NCBI GenBank assembly: GCA_018398765.1
Contig: JAHBMJ010000013.1
Span: 1-64,000 of the forward strand
DNA length: 64,000 nucleotides
Direction: 5' to 3'
From: Chromera velia
Lineage: Eukaryota
The position numbers were made by a program, and so were the translations under genes. A model generated the notes under the pieces. That model worked only from the letters and a program-made list of their open reading frames with translations, was not told where the DNA came from and searched no databases. Positions 1-14,117 of the stretch are shown here, piece after piece (position 1 is the first letter of the stretch; the number at the start of each line of letters is the position of its first letter).

Positions 1-20
1 GTGGGTGTGTGTGTGTGCAG

Positions 21-3000
21 GTCCGGCAGGCCACGATGGGTTTGCTGAACTGCCTTTTGTTCGACCAGGCAGCAGGCGTTCGTGGAATATTGAAGGAAGA
101 GGAGATGGCAGGAAGAGAGGGGGGGGGAGAGGACGAGGCGGGAATCTCTCTGTCTGTGTCTCTGGATGGAAATGGAGGGGGGGAATCATCACCTGTGGGT
201 GCAGGGGCAGGGAGAGGGACGGGGAATGGGGCCTCGTTTGGGCGTCAGTTTCTGCGTCGGTGTGTGGGGCGTTTGGAGAGCGCACTGAACGATCCGTCTC
301 CTCTCGTTCGGAAATCTGCAGTAGGAATCCTTCAGGCAGTCGTGCTGGAGGAACCGCAGTCGGACGTGGCACTCCAAGTTTGCCTGCAGTTCGTTGACAG
401 GTTGGTGGGTGTATGTTCTTGGTTCATGTATTTACTTTCATAAAAACTCTGTATGAAAGTAAATACAGGCACTCCAAGTTTGCCTGCGCTTCGTTGACAG
501 GTTGGTGTATCTTGTTGGTGTTGTTGTGGTACGTCTAATTTGTTCAAATTGATGCAACTTCGGTGCGTTGTGTCTTGGCTTTTGTTCAGTGATGTCAGGT
601 CTTTGTGCGTGTTTCTCTCTAGGCTTCTTTTCCGCCTGTTGGGTAGATTTTGTTTTCCTCCAACTCCCATGGGATGTTTTTTTTGGTTGAGAACATGGTG
701 TTAGAATAGAATTTGATGCTAAGAATCTTGAATCTGTGTGTGCTGACGGATGATGGATGGATGGATGGCTGCAGAGTGGTTGACCGTGAGGAGACAGACC
801 ACGTGAAGGGGCTGACTCTGGACCTGTTCAGGAAACTCTGGGTGTCTGGGGCAGTGGAATTCAACAGAACCATCTGCACGCACATGATCCAGGTCAGCCA
901 GTCAGAGGGCGGCCATTCCTATAGGAGGGCCGAGGAAGAGGCGAGGCAGGGCCGTGTAATGCGTCTTGCCTGAATGACAGGACGGGTGAGTGTCGAGAAT
1001 GAGGTGATCCGGTCCTTCCCTGTGCTTTCCAATTGGGAGAATTTTTTTGTGCCTACAGGACCGTTGGGAAGGATTTCTGTCGTTTTGTCTGGTTGACATC
1101 CACCATTTCTCTCTTTCTGCTCTGATTTTTGTGTCTCTCTATGTGGTCCTGCGCTATGAGTCTGCCTGCCTGCAGTCGGTGAGATATTTCGAGAAACGCC
1201 GCACGCAATTCCGCATCGACTCTGATTCTCTGCTTGCACAAGTTGTGGAGAGGGCAAAGACGGTCTGGGAGAAGGAAGCGACAGGGGGAAGGGGGGGGAG
1301 AAAATCGAACCCCGTGGACGCAGCACTCGAGAGGTGAGTGGGTATCCTGTCCTCTCTTCCCCTTCTCTGTCCGTCTGTCCTCGCATATGTGTGTGGGGGT
1401 GTGTGGGTGTGTGGGTTTTTCCTTCCTTTTGTTCCTTTTCTCGCCCCAGAGTTCGGATTCCATTTCTGCTCTCTGTATCTTTCGATACTGCGGCTTGTCA
1501 ATAGCGGGCAGTGAGTTTTCTGGGAGAGAAGCGAAAAAAACAATGGACTGACTGCCTTTCTCTCTGCACATGCACGCAGATGGGCTACCGAGCTCCGTGG
1601 TGCCTTGGCCGACACTCACGGGGGGGATCTAGAAGGTGGCGGTGGGGAAGGGGGACACGAGGGAGGCGCTGCAGCTGCGGCGGCGGCTTCTTCTGCTCCC
1701 GGTGCGGCGTCGACCCGTCTCCAGAGGACCAACACGGCGAGTTCCTCGTACGCCTTCTTTCAGAACTCAAAGAGGCTCACGCAGACTGCGGTGCTGGCGG
1801 TGTTAGAGATCGTTGCGGAGATGAAGCCTAGTCTTGTGACGGGGTGTTGGGGGAATTTGACGCCTCTTCTTGCACCCCCGGAGTGGAAGAACATGTCACC
1901 GCAGGAGAGGGCAGAGAAAGCGGAGGTCGGTGTGTCCACTATTTTTTTTTGTGGGGTGTATGAGTGGACGAAGGGGGAATCTATTGGATAGCTGGCTCTT
2001 CAAGTTGTGGGGTAGGTACGAGAAAAGTAAGGAAGCAAGAAAAAGTCACCCTCCGGTAGTCGGCACTATCGAGGATTCTTCTTAGGGAAACTTTGAACCA
2101 AGCGAGAAGGAAAGAAGGTTCTTTCAGCATTTCCTTGGGAAGCAAAATTCTTCTGTCTATAATACTCCTTCAGAAGAAAATCTGCTGCAAGCCTCTCTCT
2201 GCCCCTTTCCCTCTCTCTGTGCCTCCCTCAGGTCCTGGCCATTGTGGGGCGCATCGTCACCCGTCTGTGTCCCCACCTGACGAATGCCGAGAGCCGTCCT
2301 TCTGAGGAGATCGTGGAACTCCAGGAGATCCTGCTCATCCACATGCAGACAGGCCCGCTGAACAGATCAATCATCGAGGCAGTCAAGTGCTTCTGCGCAC
2401 TCGCACAACACATCCGCAGAGACGTCTTCCATGTGGTCAACCTGCTTGTCAGTCAGCGGGGGGATAGAAAGTGAAAGGGCTCGTCCGTTTCTCTCTCCCC
2501 CTTTCTCTTTCTCTCACACGCGCGTGTGCATTTGCAAGTGCATTGGTGGCTGGACTCTTGCAGTGCATTCTAAATCGTTTCACATTCTGCTCGCTTTCCG
2601 TGTCTGTGTATTCCTGTTGGTCTTCGGACAGGTGAACGGCATCCAGCAGATCCACAGCGTGTACCAGGAGGTGTTCCGGGCCCGTCAGTGGCTGCTGTTC
2701 CACAACCAGAGGGGGTATCGGCCTGCGGGGGCAGAGATGAGTCTGGAGGAGGCGAGGGAGGCTTTGTTGAAGAAGGCCCCGCACAGGCTTCGAAGGTTCA
2801 TCCTGGTGGTGGGGGCTGTGTGGGATTCTGTGGATGTGAACGCGGTCTGCCTGGAGATCGCAACGAAAGAGGAAGAGGAAGCAGAAGGGGTGAAACAGGA
2901 AGAGGAGGATGGGTCCTATCGAAGTCCCCCTTCATCGACCAACAGGAACTGTCCTCAAACGCCAACGAGAGGAAAGAGAGGGACGCCAAGACGCTCACCT

Positions 3001-5143
3001 TCGAGCAAGGGGAGAGGGTCAGCCGCCCTGTCCACAGCTCTGTCGAAAACTCCCGTCTCGGAAGCGCGGCTTCGTCGTGTGTCTTCCTCGGCTCTTGAGA
3101 AGATGATGCAAGAGAGGGGAATGGGATCCGAGGCCGTGAGGCCGTATGGACGTGACCCTGCGAGAGCGTGCTTTGAGGATTTCTGCAAACTTTGGGATCT
3201 GGGGGGGAAGGAGGGGGGGGGCATGTCAGCTGCCTCGGGAGGAATGCCGTTGAGAGATCAGATCAAGGGGGTTGGTTAGTTGGGCAATGAGGCAGTCTTC
3301 TTTCTTTGTTTGTTGATTTCTCCATTCACTTCTTTCTTCTGTGTTTGATTTGTGAATTTCAAATCAAAGTGATCAGTCAGGCAGCAGGGCAGGCAGTCGG
3401 GCTGCTGTGTTTCTTCTTCAGTTGGGGTCCCATTCCTCTTCCTCTCTCTCTCTGTATGTGTATGTGCATGTGTATGTGTGTGTGTGTGTGTGTGCGTGTT
3501 GAATCCGTTGACCGCAGTGGGTAGTTGCGATTTTTTCGTTTGCCGAACAAAGATAATTAATTCATTGCACTGTTCCCGTATTTCTTTTTTCTGTCTGCAG
3601 ATGGTGCTCGACGGGTTGCTTCTGTTCCTGAACGGCCAACGGAAGTTCATTCGGGAGAAGAAGTGAGTGGCTCTGCAGCGGGTAACAGGGTGGGTGCAGA
3701 GGGCAGATGATGAGTGCGAACGGATGGTGGGGTGCAACGGAGAGAGACGCGCAAAAAGAGAAGACTGCATTTGTGCTTGCCTGAGAAGAGCGTCCACTTT
3801 GTCCCTTTTTGTTTGCTGTTTCAATTATGCCACACGGTCATGCAGCGAAGCGCAGTCTGCTCTGCATGGTTTTGATCCTTCCGCCACCTTGTTCCCTGCC
3901 GCATTTTCATTTCCGTGGCTGTCTGTGAATAAGAGAAAAGGAGTGAAACAATGTGAGTTGTTCGTCTGTCTCTCAGCCCTCTGTGTTTGTGTGCAGGCTT
4001 CACGACATTCTTGAAAACGCTCTCCGACATCCAGGTATGGGGGCTGTTCTGCTGTGATGTTGGTTGACTGGGGGGGCGTTTCTTTCCGTTTTACCGTATT
4101 AACAAATTGACGCCAGAAGTGGAAAAGATCCTTCTTCTTTTTCAAGACCGAGTTTTCATTTGTTCTGTTCTCTTTCAATCGTGTTCTTCCACTCTATGGA
4201 TTTATAAACTTCGAATGGCACACAACATGCATAAATGACTGACTTGTCTGCTCGGCTGCATGCAGTGCTCCAGCTGAAGGGCCTCCACCTGATGCATGAG
4301 CTCCTCAAACAGGCACAGGAGGACGCAGTGAAGAGGGTAAGTGAGGGGGGCGCTGGGTTGGTGTGGTCTGGTAGATGGATATATGTATTCTTTTTCTGTG
4401 TTGAGTCATCGGGAGAAGGGACAAATCTGCAGTGAACCCATTCACCAGAAAATACAATGACCAAGAGATGTATCACATGGATGGTGTTCCCTTTGGAATC
4501 TGTTCGTCTCTCTCATTCTTCTTGTCCCCCTATCCTCTGCATTCATTCCTTGCATGTTCGTTCCCATCACACAAAGGAAGATGGAGGACTTAAGATACAC
4601 AAGTGTTTTGGTTCCGTGTTTTGTCTTGTGTCGATCAGGCAAAGGAGGAGGCCGCGAGGCTTCCCTCCACGGTCATCAAGGTGAAGGCAGAAGAAGGGGG
4701 GGGGCTGGAGGATGAGGATGATGACGGAATGGGAGACCAGTCAGATGACGCAGAGGCCGGCCTCACGGGTCCGACCAGAAAGGGCCGCAGATCGACAGGG
4801 TGTGCTCTCAAGTCCCCGCACACCAATGGAGATGCAGCCACTCACGATGACACGACACATATTCACGATGAGGAGCGCATGGCTGGAGAGAGAGACAGTG
4901 CACAACCCCTCGCTCTCCTCCTTCCCTCTGTGCTGAACTGTATCAGAGGAACTCAGCAGGGGGGCTCGACTCCCTCTGGCACAACAGGGACACCCAACAG
5001 ACACGAGAGGGAGAGACAGCACCAACACGAAGGAGGGGGGGGGGGCAACAGCAACAGTAACAGCAGTCTCCTCGTGTGCTCTCTGGCTCTGGATGTGGTG
5101 GAGAGACTCCGCGCGTGCGTCAGCCTCTCTCTGTCTCTCTCTG

Positions 5144-5197
<54 letters not shown>

Positions 5198-7454
5198 GGT
5201 GAGCTCACGGGCCGTATGCCTTTTGTCAGATTCTCTTCTGTTGAGATCGCTGACAGGCTCTCTGGTGGATGTTGTGGCGGTTGATTGTCAGACATGGAGA
5301 GGGAAAGAAAGACTTTTCTTGTCTCTTGATAAAGTCGTGGAGTTCTTCTGATTGCTCTCAAACTCTGTCTCCTTCTGTGTCTCTGATTTCTCTCTCTACT
5401 TTCCTGTCGTAAGATTCTCCTCTGAAACTTTGAAGACTGCCTCTTCGCATCTCCGAATCGGTATGTGGTTGATTCTTTTTCTGTGTACCTATGGGCTTTC
5501 TTTCCTTTTTTCTTTTCTTTGCAGTGCTGGTTTCATCAACCCGTCCCAGGCCATCGCACCGGTTTTCTGCCTCTCTTTCTCCGACAACGCACTCCTGAGA
5601 TCTCAGACTGCGCGGGTTCTTCGGGTGGGTGGGTGGGTGGGTTGCTGGGTGAGGATGCTTTTTCTTTTAATCTAATCTGCAGGCATTTCGCTCTTACAAC
5701 CTGCCTGCATGTCGACATCTGGGAAGAGGAAGTTTGTGTTAGCTGCATACGGCATGCAGACTTGTAGGTTGACTTGTCAGGGAGGTCCTTCAATGGATGG
5801 TCTTGAGAAATGGAAGGGAAGAGAAGGTTACTGGAGAGGAACGCTCTTTCCTCTGTTTGGTCGTTCGAGGCGGCGGTTTCCTGACTGCTTGTTGTAGCCA
5901 TCTGTTCGTCCGCTCGTCCGTCCGGCATTTGGGGATGGAGCCTCATTTCATCAGTTGGCTCATTTTTTGCTTTTTTCTCTCCCCTTTCTGTTGGTATGTT
6001 TGCAGCTGATTACAGAGACACGACGAGAAACGCTGCTGAGCTCTCTGGGCGACTGTCTGCTGGACGCCTTCTTCTTCCTACTACGGTTAGGGGGGGGGGA
6101 AGGAGGAGATGGGAGGATGGGGGTCTTTCCATCCCTCTTCTGCAACATACACTCCCCTTTGTTTCAGCACTCCTCCATTTCTTCATGGTTTTTGTCCTTG
6201 TCTATGTCTATGCGTGCCTTTTCTGCAGCACTCACACGCTTGCTTTCGTGCTTGCATCATAACCTTTGTCGCCTTTCATTTCCTTCCTTTCCTTTCCTTG
6301 TCTCGTCTCGATCTCTGCAGAAGGTTTCCCGGCCAGCTTCGCCTCTTCGAACCACTCAGACCCTCCAGTCTCCAGCCGTTCGTGGATCTCTACGCTCGAA
6401 CGTTCCAACAGAAGAGGGTGAGTGGGTCGGGTGTTCGACGGGGTTTTCTCGGCTCTCTGAATTTTGAGGGGAGCTGAAGGAGGCAGAGCATCCCCACATC
6501 CTTTCTGCTGCCTGCTTTTTCTTATCGAGAGTGAGAATTCGCTTCATCTGCGTTGACTAAAAAGATGCGAAGAGTCTCTTTCGGTCTGATGCAGCTTTCT
6601 TCCCTGATAACGACAGAGTAATGCGGCGCACTTCTCAGCTCAATGCATGATCCAGTGCGCCTTTTTTGTTCCTGTTGGTGTTGCAGCGAGACCGCGAGAG
6701 AAGCATCCGTGTCCTCCTGCATCAACTGGAGACTCTGTCTGAGTCTGAACGTCTGGGCAAATTCATGGAGAAGGTGAAGGAAGTGAGGAAGAAGCAGAAG
6801 GAAGAACAGGTCCGTTGATTGGGTGAAAAACAGAAGGCTTCTGAGACGTTTATCGACAAATGGGAGGAATGAGAAATCGTTCGTTTTTCATCCCATCCGC
6901 CCCTCTCCCTTTTCGCTCTCCGCCCTGCGTGTCCACATTTGCATATGACAACGTCGGTTTGGTTTCCGTTGACTCACACCTTCTTCTTTCATCTCCAGCT
7001 CCTTAGTTGCCTTGAATACTGTCTTTTTTCTTTGTTTGTGCGCGCTTGCTGAATGGAAGGTGTCCTCTCTCTATCTGCCTGCTTTGTGCGCTGTCTCGTG
7101 TTCTTTCCCCCATCACCCTGGTGGTTCTGCAGCGTTCTGACTTTGAAGAGTTCAGCAACGAGAAGTTCCTGCTTTTGTTCCTCCAATTCGCTGCCTCGAC
7201 CGTGGCTGCCCTCCCGTGCGTGTTCGAGTCGGAGGCCCTGTTCGCTGTGCACAGACTGAATCATCTGATCTCCATCAAGGTCGGTCCAAGGAGGGGGAAG
7301 ACCTTTTTTTTGCTGAGTCTCTGCACTGTGCCCCATTTTGTGCTGCTCTGTCCTGCCATGGTCTTGTCTGTCTACAGAGAGAGAGTTCAGTGCAAATGAT
7401 TCGCTAGGGTCTCTATGTGTTTATCTCAATTTTTTCTTCTTCCCCTTTCTCTCC

Positions 7455-7529
<75 letters not shown>

Positions 7530-7570
7530 TGTGTGTGTGTGTATGTGTGTGTGGGTGTATGTGTGTGTGG

Positions 7571-7609
<39 letters not shown>

Positions 7610-8791
7610 CTCACCTCCAGACCGCCAACCCAGGCGGTGAGGAAGAGGGAGACTCGGAGATGGGAGACCCAGAGGGGGGAGAGGGAGGAGCCGGCGTTTC
7701 CGCTGTGTCCCCCTCTGGCCTGGGAGGTCTCGGGGGTGACCCTCAGCAGCGAGTGCCTGAAATGGAGGTGTTCGGCCTCTGTGCGTGCGTGTGTACGGCT
7801 CTGATTTTGAAGGACTGCTTCAAGACGGCGTACGGACTCTCGGACGAACGGTTTGTTCATGAGTCCCTGAATAGGTGGCAAAGAGTGGAGTCATGTTGGA
7901 TAATTATGTAAGAACACTACAGCAGAGAGTAACTTTGGGGGAAGCAGGCATTCAGATTCGTGCTCCTAATTCGTTTTTGGTTTCCGTTTGGTTGGTTGGT
8001 GGGGCTCTGTTGTTTGTCGACCTCTTTGCGCGGCTTGTCTGCAAAAGCCTTTTCCGTCCCTGTCTTTCGCTGATTGATTGCATGCATGACTGCCCCCCCC
8101 TTGGCCCGATCCGAGGAAGAAGAAAGGCGTGAAAGTTTCGCGAATGATCTTTTCACATGGTTACAATCAAACCCCACCAATTCCTTCCTCTATTTCCTCG
8201 ATGTCTGCATGCAGGTGTGCACAGTACGATCCTGGGGAAGCTCTCCTTCGAGAGCAGAAGAAGTACGCCGGGGTGGGCCGAGGTGTGTTGTTGGCAGGGG
8301 GGGACGAGGAGGGAGAGAAGGGCGAGGAGTTTGGGGGAGCTGTAGAGTCCTCGTTTGACATCGATGCGTTTGAGGAGAGGTGCACTGCGTTGCTGGACGC
8401 GTCGGGGGACGTTGCGCTCCTCCGTGGGGAGTTGGCAGAGGCTGTGGCGTCTGCTGACGGCACGAAGGATCTGAACGAGGCGCTTTTGGCGAAGCAGGTG
8501 AAGACGGCAGAGGAGAGACAATGGCGTGAGTTGTTGGGGAAAGGGAAGAGAAAGTCGGCAGCGGCAGGTGGAGAGGAGGAGGATGAGGAGGGGAAGGGGA
8601 CGAAGAGAGGAAGAGGGGGACCGTCAGCGAAGGCTCTCGCGAAGAGGTCAGCTGCGCGTCCGAAAAAGGCGGCTGGGGGGGTGTCTGGACAGAAGACGAA
8701 GGCGAAAGGGGGGAAGAAGAAGAAGAGAAGGAGAGGAGAGGACGAAGACAGCGATGAGGAGGACGACGACGAATCTGATTTTGTGCCTTGA
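21..8791 (+). CDS. NIPBL: Cohesin loader Nipped-B-like/Scc2, 3' portion of a multi-exon gene (5' end outside window)
   Basis: Exon peptides match the NIPBL/Scc2 HEAT and Nipped-B_C regions in the expected order: LNDPSPLVRKSAVGILQ...FVDR|VVDREETDHVKGLTLDLFRKLW (exons 21-400 and from 775), GFINPSQAIAPVFCLSFSDNALLRSQTARVL (~5525-5620), AASTVAALPCVFESEALFAVHRLNHLIS (~7190-7275), LILKDCFKTAYGLSDER (~7800-7850), QYDPGE (~8222), then a Lys/acidic tail ending in TGA at 8789-8791. GT-AG boundaries. Not every internal exon was delimited. Confidence 0.88.
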
Positions 8792-11433
8792 AGAGAGAGG
8801 AGAGAAAGAGAGAGAGGTCAACAGGTTGAAGAAAGTGGTTCGAATTTGGGTGTGATTGATGGATGGAGAAAGGGGGGGGATATTCATGCACATGGGTTGA
8901 GGGTGTAGGGAGGGAGGGATTTGATTGGATTGATTCATGGGAAGAGAAAGAAGAAGAGAAGGCAAGGTGGAGAGGATTGAAGAAGAGAGGGATCTGGTGT
9001 GTACATGTGGGGGCCATTGGAATTGAAAAGCACGTCTCCCTCTCTCTTTTGGGGGTTTGTCTATTTGGTGTGTGCGAGGGGAAGAAGGAATGAAAAGAGG
9101 CGGATCTTGGGACTGGGCAAATGAAAAGATGCAGAACAATCCGGAGTCTCAACGGGAAAGAAATTAGTGCACGGAAAAGAACGAAAAGGAAGCTTGGATT
9201 GAAACTCTTCCTTTTTCCTGTCGATAATTAAAACAACTTCTTTCTCGTCTTGCCTGTGGAGGAAGCTCCGATCGAACTGATTGGTTGATGCTGAGCGTTG
9301 GCAGGCAAGCAGGTGACAAGCACGGGCGGGATTCCTCAATCGTCTATGTCCTCCTCTGCCTGCCTGTCTTTCCTTTGAAACTCCTCCGCGGATGAAAGTT
9401 GAATGGGGGCTAGGAATGGGGGCCTTGGTTCGTCTCTCGAGCGCCTTTTACTGTAAAGTTGACCATCCAGCGAATCGCGAAATTCGCATAGCCGCCTCCG
9501 GATCCCAGAGTTTGAGCGTCAGCTCCGAGTCTGCTTGAGTATCGGGACCTGGAAATTAAGGCTGGAACGATCTAAAGAAAGATCGATCGTCGATGAGACA
9601 GAGAATACTAGAGAATATTATGCCCTCATGCCCGCTGTACTTCTATAATGTATGAGCTCATTTTTAAAGTAAATTTAAAGTGCCATCAGTCTATTTAAAT
9701 TTTGATTGATTTATCCACTGATCGATTAGCTATATAGCGCGATTTCGTATAATTACGTATGATGTAAGTGTTGTGTGCTGCGTAACATGCCGCGTAAGGT
9801 GCACCGTGTACATACGCGCGCATATATGTCTTCTGGGGCCGCGCCGCGCGTGGCCTGCATAGCGAGCCTGCAGTTGCGCAAACTGCAATGAACCGCCCGG
9901 TATCTTGATCAATCTCACCTCTCTGATTGCATTACCACCTATGGGAGGAGGTAGGAGCTCTAGAGTAGATCAGATGATGTATATGAGACAGATAAACAAA
10001 CAATATAAGCTACAATGTAAGACTGAAAGGTTCCTCCACAGTAGGACGGGAGATTGTATTGCAGCCGCTAGTGCAGCCGGCGCTTATGGTACAATCCCTA
10101 GCCTACCCTGGCCAGAGCTTAAATTCGTATTTCTTAATTTTTTTTATCTCACTTTCACTTAATTTCGACTCTTTATGCTAGCCACCGTCATCTGCGCACT
10201 TGGCCGTGTTTACGGAACACGACAGTATAATGTCTAATCTAATTTATAATGTTCCTTGGGATGATAAACGATGTTGAGAACGAAGAGTCAATTTGTTTCA
10301 GGAAAAGGACCTTGGGTCAATCGAAGCGAAGATTGATCCTTCAAGTACTCATTTGCTCGAGCATTTCACCTACAACGATTTCATCTGTTGGATGCATGAT
10401 AACACATGAGAATCTGCATGCACCGTTAGTTCAAAATAATGATGATCGAGGTTTTTGTTATGTATGCCGCATCCCCATGCATATATGAGGGGCAAATCAA
10501 GCCTTTGAAGCCTATAGTTTGTCCGAACTTGACTTCGAAGGTTCCGCTTTTTCCTAATTGATGCGTTAATTATATAATTCTCTCTTTTTTTTTCATACAT
10601 GCAAGTTTGTTTGTGCGCATTCGCACGCGAAGGCAAGTATTAATTTGAGCTATATAGGTGTCGACGCATTATAACTCATGCGTGCTGTCGACCGATTATT
10701 GACCAACTGTGAATTCCACTGACCGTGGCAATTCCCTCCCGCTCCCTAGTTCAATACAAACCAATTCCTATATTTAACATCTGATCGGCTATCTGCCATA
10801 GCCTTCTCCCCTGAGTCCCCTTTATCAAGGGATAAACCGTTTCTATCGCGTTTCACAATACTGCTCATATTGATAGCACAAGTAAGTATGTAGAACAGTC
10901 GTCATTCTGCGGTATAGTCCGGCCTCTAAGACCATGCAATTAAAGTCAGAATACTGAGGTCGCGAACTTTCACCCCCTATTGCTATAGTTGGACTTATTT
11001 CAAGTTCAGTATCTATACAACGGACACTTCCAGTCGTTTTTCCTTCCAGTCGGTTGTCTGGCCAGATCTGTTCCAGTCGGTTTGCTATATATACAAGTCA
11101 GCTATTGCATGCAACACATTGTACTTTTTCGGGGATTTTGTTGAGCAAACATGTCTGCGGGTGTATCCAAAACTTCTCGTTCTTCTGCAGTCAATCTTCT
11201 TGTTGATAATTTTGGTTAAACATAGGTACGACATGTATATATCTAAGCCAAATAGAACCAAACACCCCCCAGTACAACAGTCAATTCACCGAACTTCGCT
11301 CCATCAGGGACAGGCGATGAATTGAGTGCCTCTTTTCACCGGTCTATCCGTGTGCTTCCATCTAATTTGCTTGCTTTGCATAATTGTATACTATGACGGA
11401 GCCTGTTTCCCCCTCCTCTTACCATATTGAGAA

Positions 11434-11472
<39 letters not shown>

Positions 11473-12221
11473 ATAAAGGCAGACAGGCAGGCAGGCAGGC
11501 ACACAGACACACGGCTCCAGAGACGGGAGACAATAGGCAAGGCAGACAGTTGTCTGCGTGTTTTGTTCTACAGCCTGAGTCTCTGCATACACTTCATCAT
11601 ACTTCATCATATCATCTTCAGTGTTTTGGTGAATCAGTTAGAGGAAGAAATCATCGAGGTGAATAGAATCCATAAAAAAAAAAATCTTCTCCCTTCACAT
11701 CTGCAGGAGGCAACCTCAACACAGCAAGCGGCCAAGCAGTGGCTGTGCACGCTCACACGACTGACAGTTGGAGAGAGAAAGGTCAGTTAGCAAAGCAAGA
11801 CAGTATGGGAAGAAAAAGAGCGGGGAAAGAGAGAAAGAAGTAAGAAAGAGGGAGTGAGGGGAAAGAACGAGAAAAAAAAGAGAGAGACGGGAAAGCAGGA
11901 AGGAAGGAAGGAAGAAAGGAAGGAAGAAAGGAAGGAAAGAAGGAAGGAAGAAAGGAAGGAAGGAAAGAAAAAAATTTTGAGTTCCAACTGTTGGGTTTTC
12001 CGCATGGGCCTGTCCGTACACTGAAAAGGAAAGATACACAAAGTTGTCTTTTCAATTTCGAATGCAGTTTCCTCCCACTCCCTGTATACAGAAGCCGACG
12101 ACGACAGATCGGAAGAAGGGGATTCGCTGGGCTCTTACGGCAGTGCTCTGTCCTCCAAAGAAGAGCGCCTCATGAGGGGCCGCGCTCCAACTACGCAAGA
12201 TGGTTTATATATGTGTATGAC

Positions 12222-12223
<2 letters not shown>

Positions 12224-12292
<69 letters not shown>

Positions 12293-12439
12293 GTATGTGT
12301 GTGTGCGTGTCTGAAAGAGAGACAGAGACAGAGAGACAGAGATAGAGACAGAGAGACAGAGATAGAGAGACAGAGACAGAGAGACAGAGAGACAGAGACA
12401 GAGAAACAGAGAGAGAGAGAGAGAAACAGAGAGAGAGAG

Positions 12440-12473
<34 letters not shown>
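12224..12473. repeat. Compound microsatellite (GT)n followed by (GA/GAGACA)n
   Basis: Directly visible; one of many such tracts. Confidence 0.95.
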
Positions 12474-12474
<1 letters not shown>

Positions 12475-12609
12475 ATGTGTACGTATGTGCGTGTGCACGT
12501 TTGTCTGTGCTTTGCATATACAGATCTAGTTGGAACGCTGGTTTCTTCGGTGTTCTTGTGACGTTCACCCTGTCTGCGCTCCGACCTAAATGCTTATAAG
12601 TGTTAGGGG

Positions 12610-12631
12610 NNNNNNNNNNNNNNNNNNNNNN
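12610..12631. other. Assembly gap (22 N) inside a poly-G tract
   Basis: N run flanked by G runs. Confidence 1.
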
Positions 12632-14117
12632 GGGGGGGGGGGGGTCTAACCCATATGGTCGGTTTTGATTTTTTTGATGGCCCCATAGTCCTTAGACGAT
12701 ATTCTATAGTTATATTACAATACACTTTTCTGATCACTCATTGATTTGAACACGGTATTATGATGGAAAAACAAGAAATTGTCTGCAAGAAAGTAGTCTG
12801 TCAGGGGGGGGGACTCCGCTTCCGCCTCTGCAAGGGGATGGACACCCACAGAGAGTATGAAGAAGGGAGGCTCACTCACGAAAACTTCGCAACACCCCCA
12901 GTAGATGTTTTTATTAAGAAGTTCAGAGCCCCAAAGACTGCTTGCTCTGATCCAGTACCCGTGACTGAAACGCCGTTTTGTGGATCGATTACGTTTCTTT
13001 CGTTTCTCTCTCTACAAATTTGAATGTACGTTTTATATTTCTTTTCTTTAAGGACCTCTCAGACTACACTATCACTACAGTTAATGTTTATACTATGTTC
13101 ATACTTTAACTTGGCTTAAACTTTAAGTTTAGGCAAACTTGTTAAACTCTTCATGCAATATATCTATCCATACCCATAACTAAAAACAAAATTTTAGCTA
13201 TATCCAAACTTTTGAATATATTTGGATATATTGAGAACTATGTTAGACCAAGCTTTCTTCGGTTTGGACGGAAGCAGTTGAGGGTATCAAAGACTCAAAC
13301 AGTCAGAGTAACAGAAAAAAACATTGATAAAATTCAATAAGGTCATTATAAAGGGCCATGTATAGACAATCTGGTGTGAAGTTGCCTAAAAAGTGATAAT
13401 GTTGCCATTTTATTGGTAATTTGTATGGGATATAAATGATTTTTTAAGAATGAAACACACATTTTTCAAACATTTGTGCTTCCGTTTATATTTAGATATA
13501 TTTGGCTAAAACATAACCGAAGGTCCAAACTTTGGCTAAATACATTGGCTAAAGACTTTAACAACTTTGCTGTTAGGTTTGTATAAAATTTTAGAACGGT
13601 GTCATTCAAGCAAGAACTAGAGCAAGAAAAGCTGTATTAATACTAGCTTAAATATAACTTGTACTCTACTTTAGTAACTTTAAAATTTCTTCTAGAGTTA
13701 CTAAAGTATCATAACTTTAGGAAGTCTGGGACCCTAGAGTAACCACCCTATTTGGGTAACTCTTAAAATGACTGTGTAGATTTTAAGAATCATTAAAAGT
13801 ACTTTAAAAATAAATAAAAATATTGATGTCAGACTTGCATTGTCATGCAGTGTCTACTACTAGGTCTACTACGGCCATAGCTAGGGCTATAGTGACTATA
13901 GTCTACTACTTAGAGTACTATATATATCCGATTATATATCCACGTAGTATTAATTCTATGACCAGGGATGACGATGGCGCATCCTAGTGGCGCATCATTG
14001 TGATTAGCCATGGTCATTTTGACACAATAGATGAAACAATCTGGGTTTTACACACACTGTCACACAGTGGAACCGGAAAAAGAGGTAGCTTGGCAAGTAG
14101 GCGAGAATACCGATGCA

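Noticed and set aside
11560..12202. Exon-like AG...GT segments on + (e.g. 11707-11781)
   Set aside because: Could be a small gene, but I could not build a consistent model or recognise a product.
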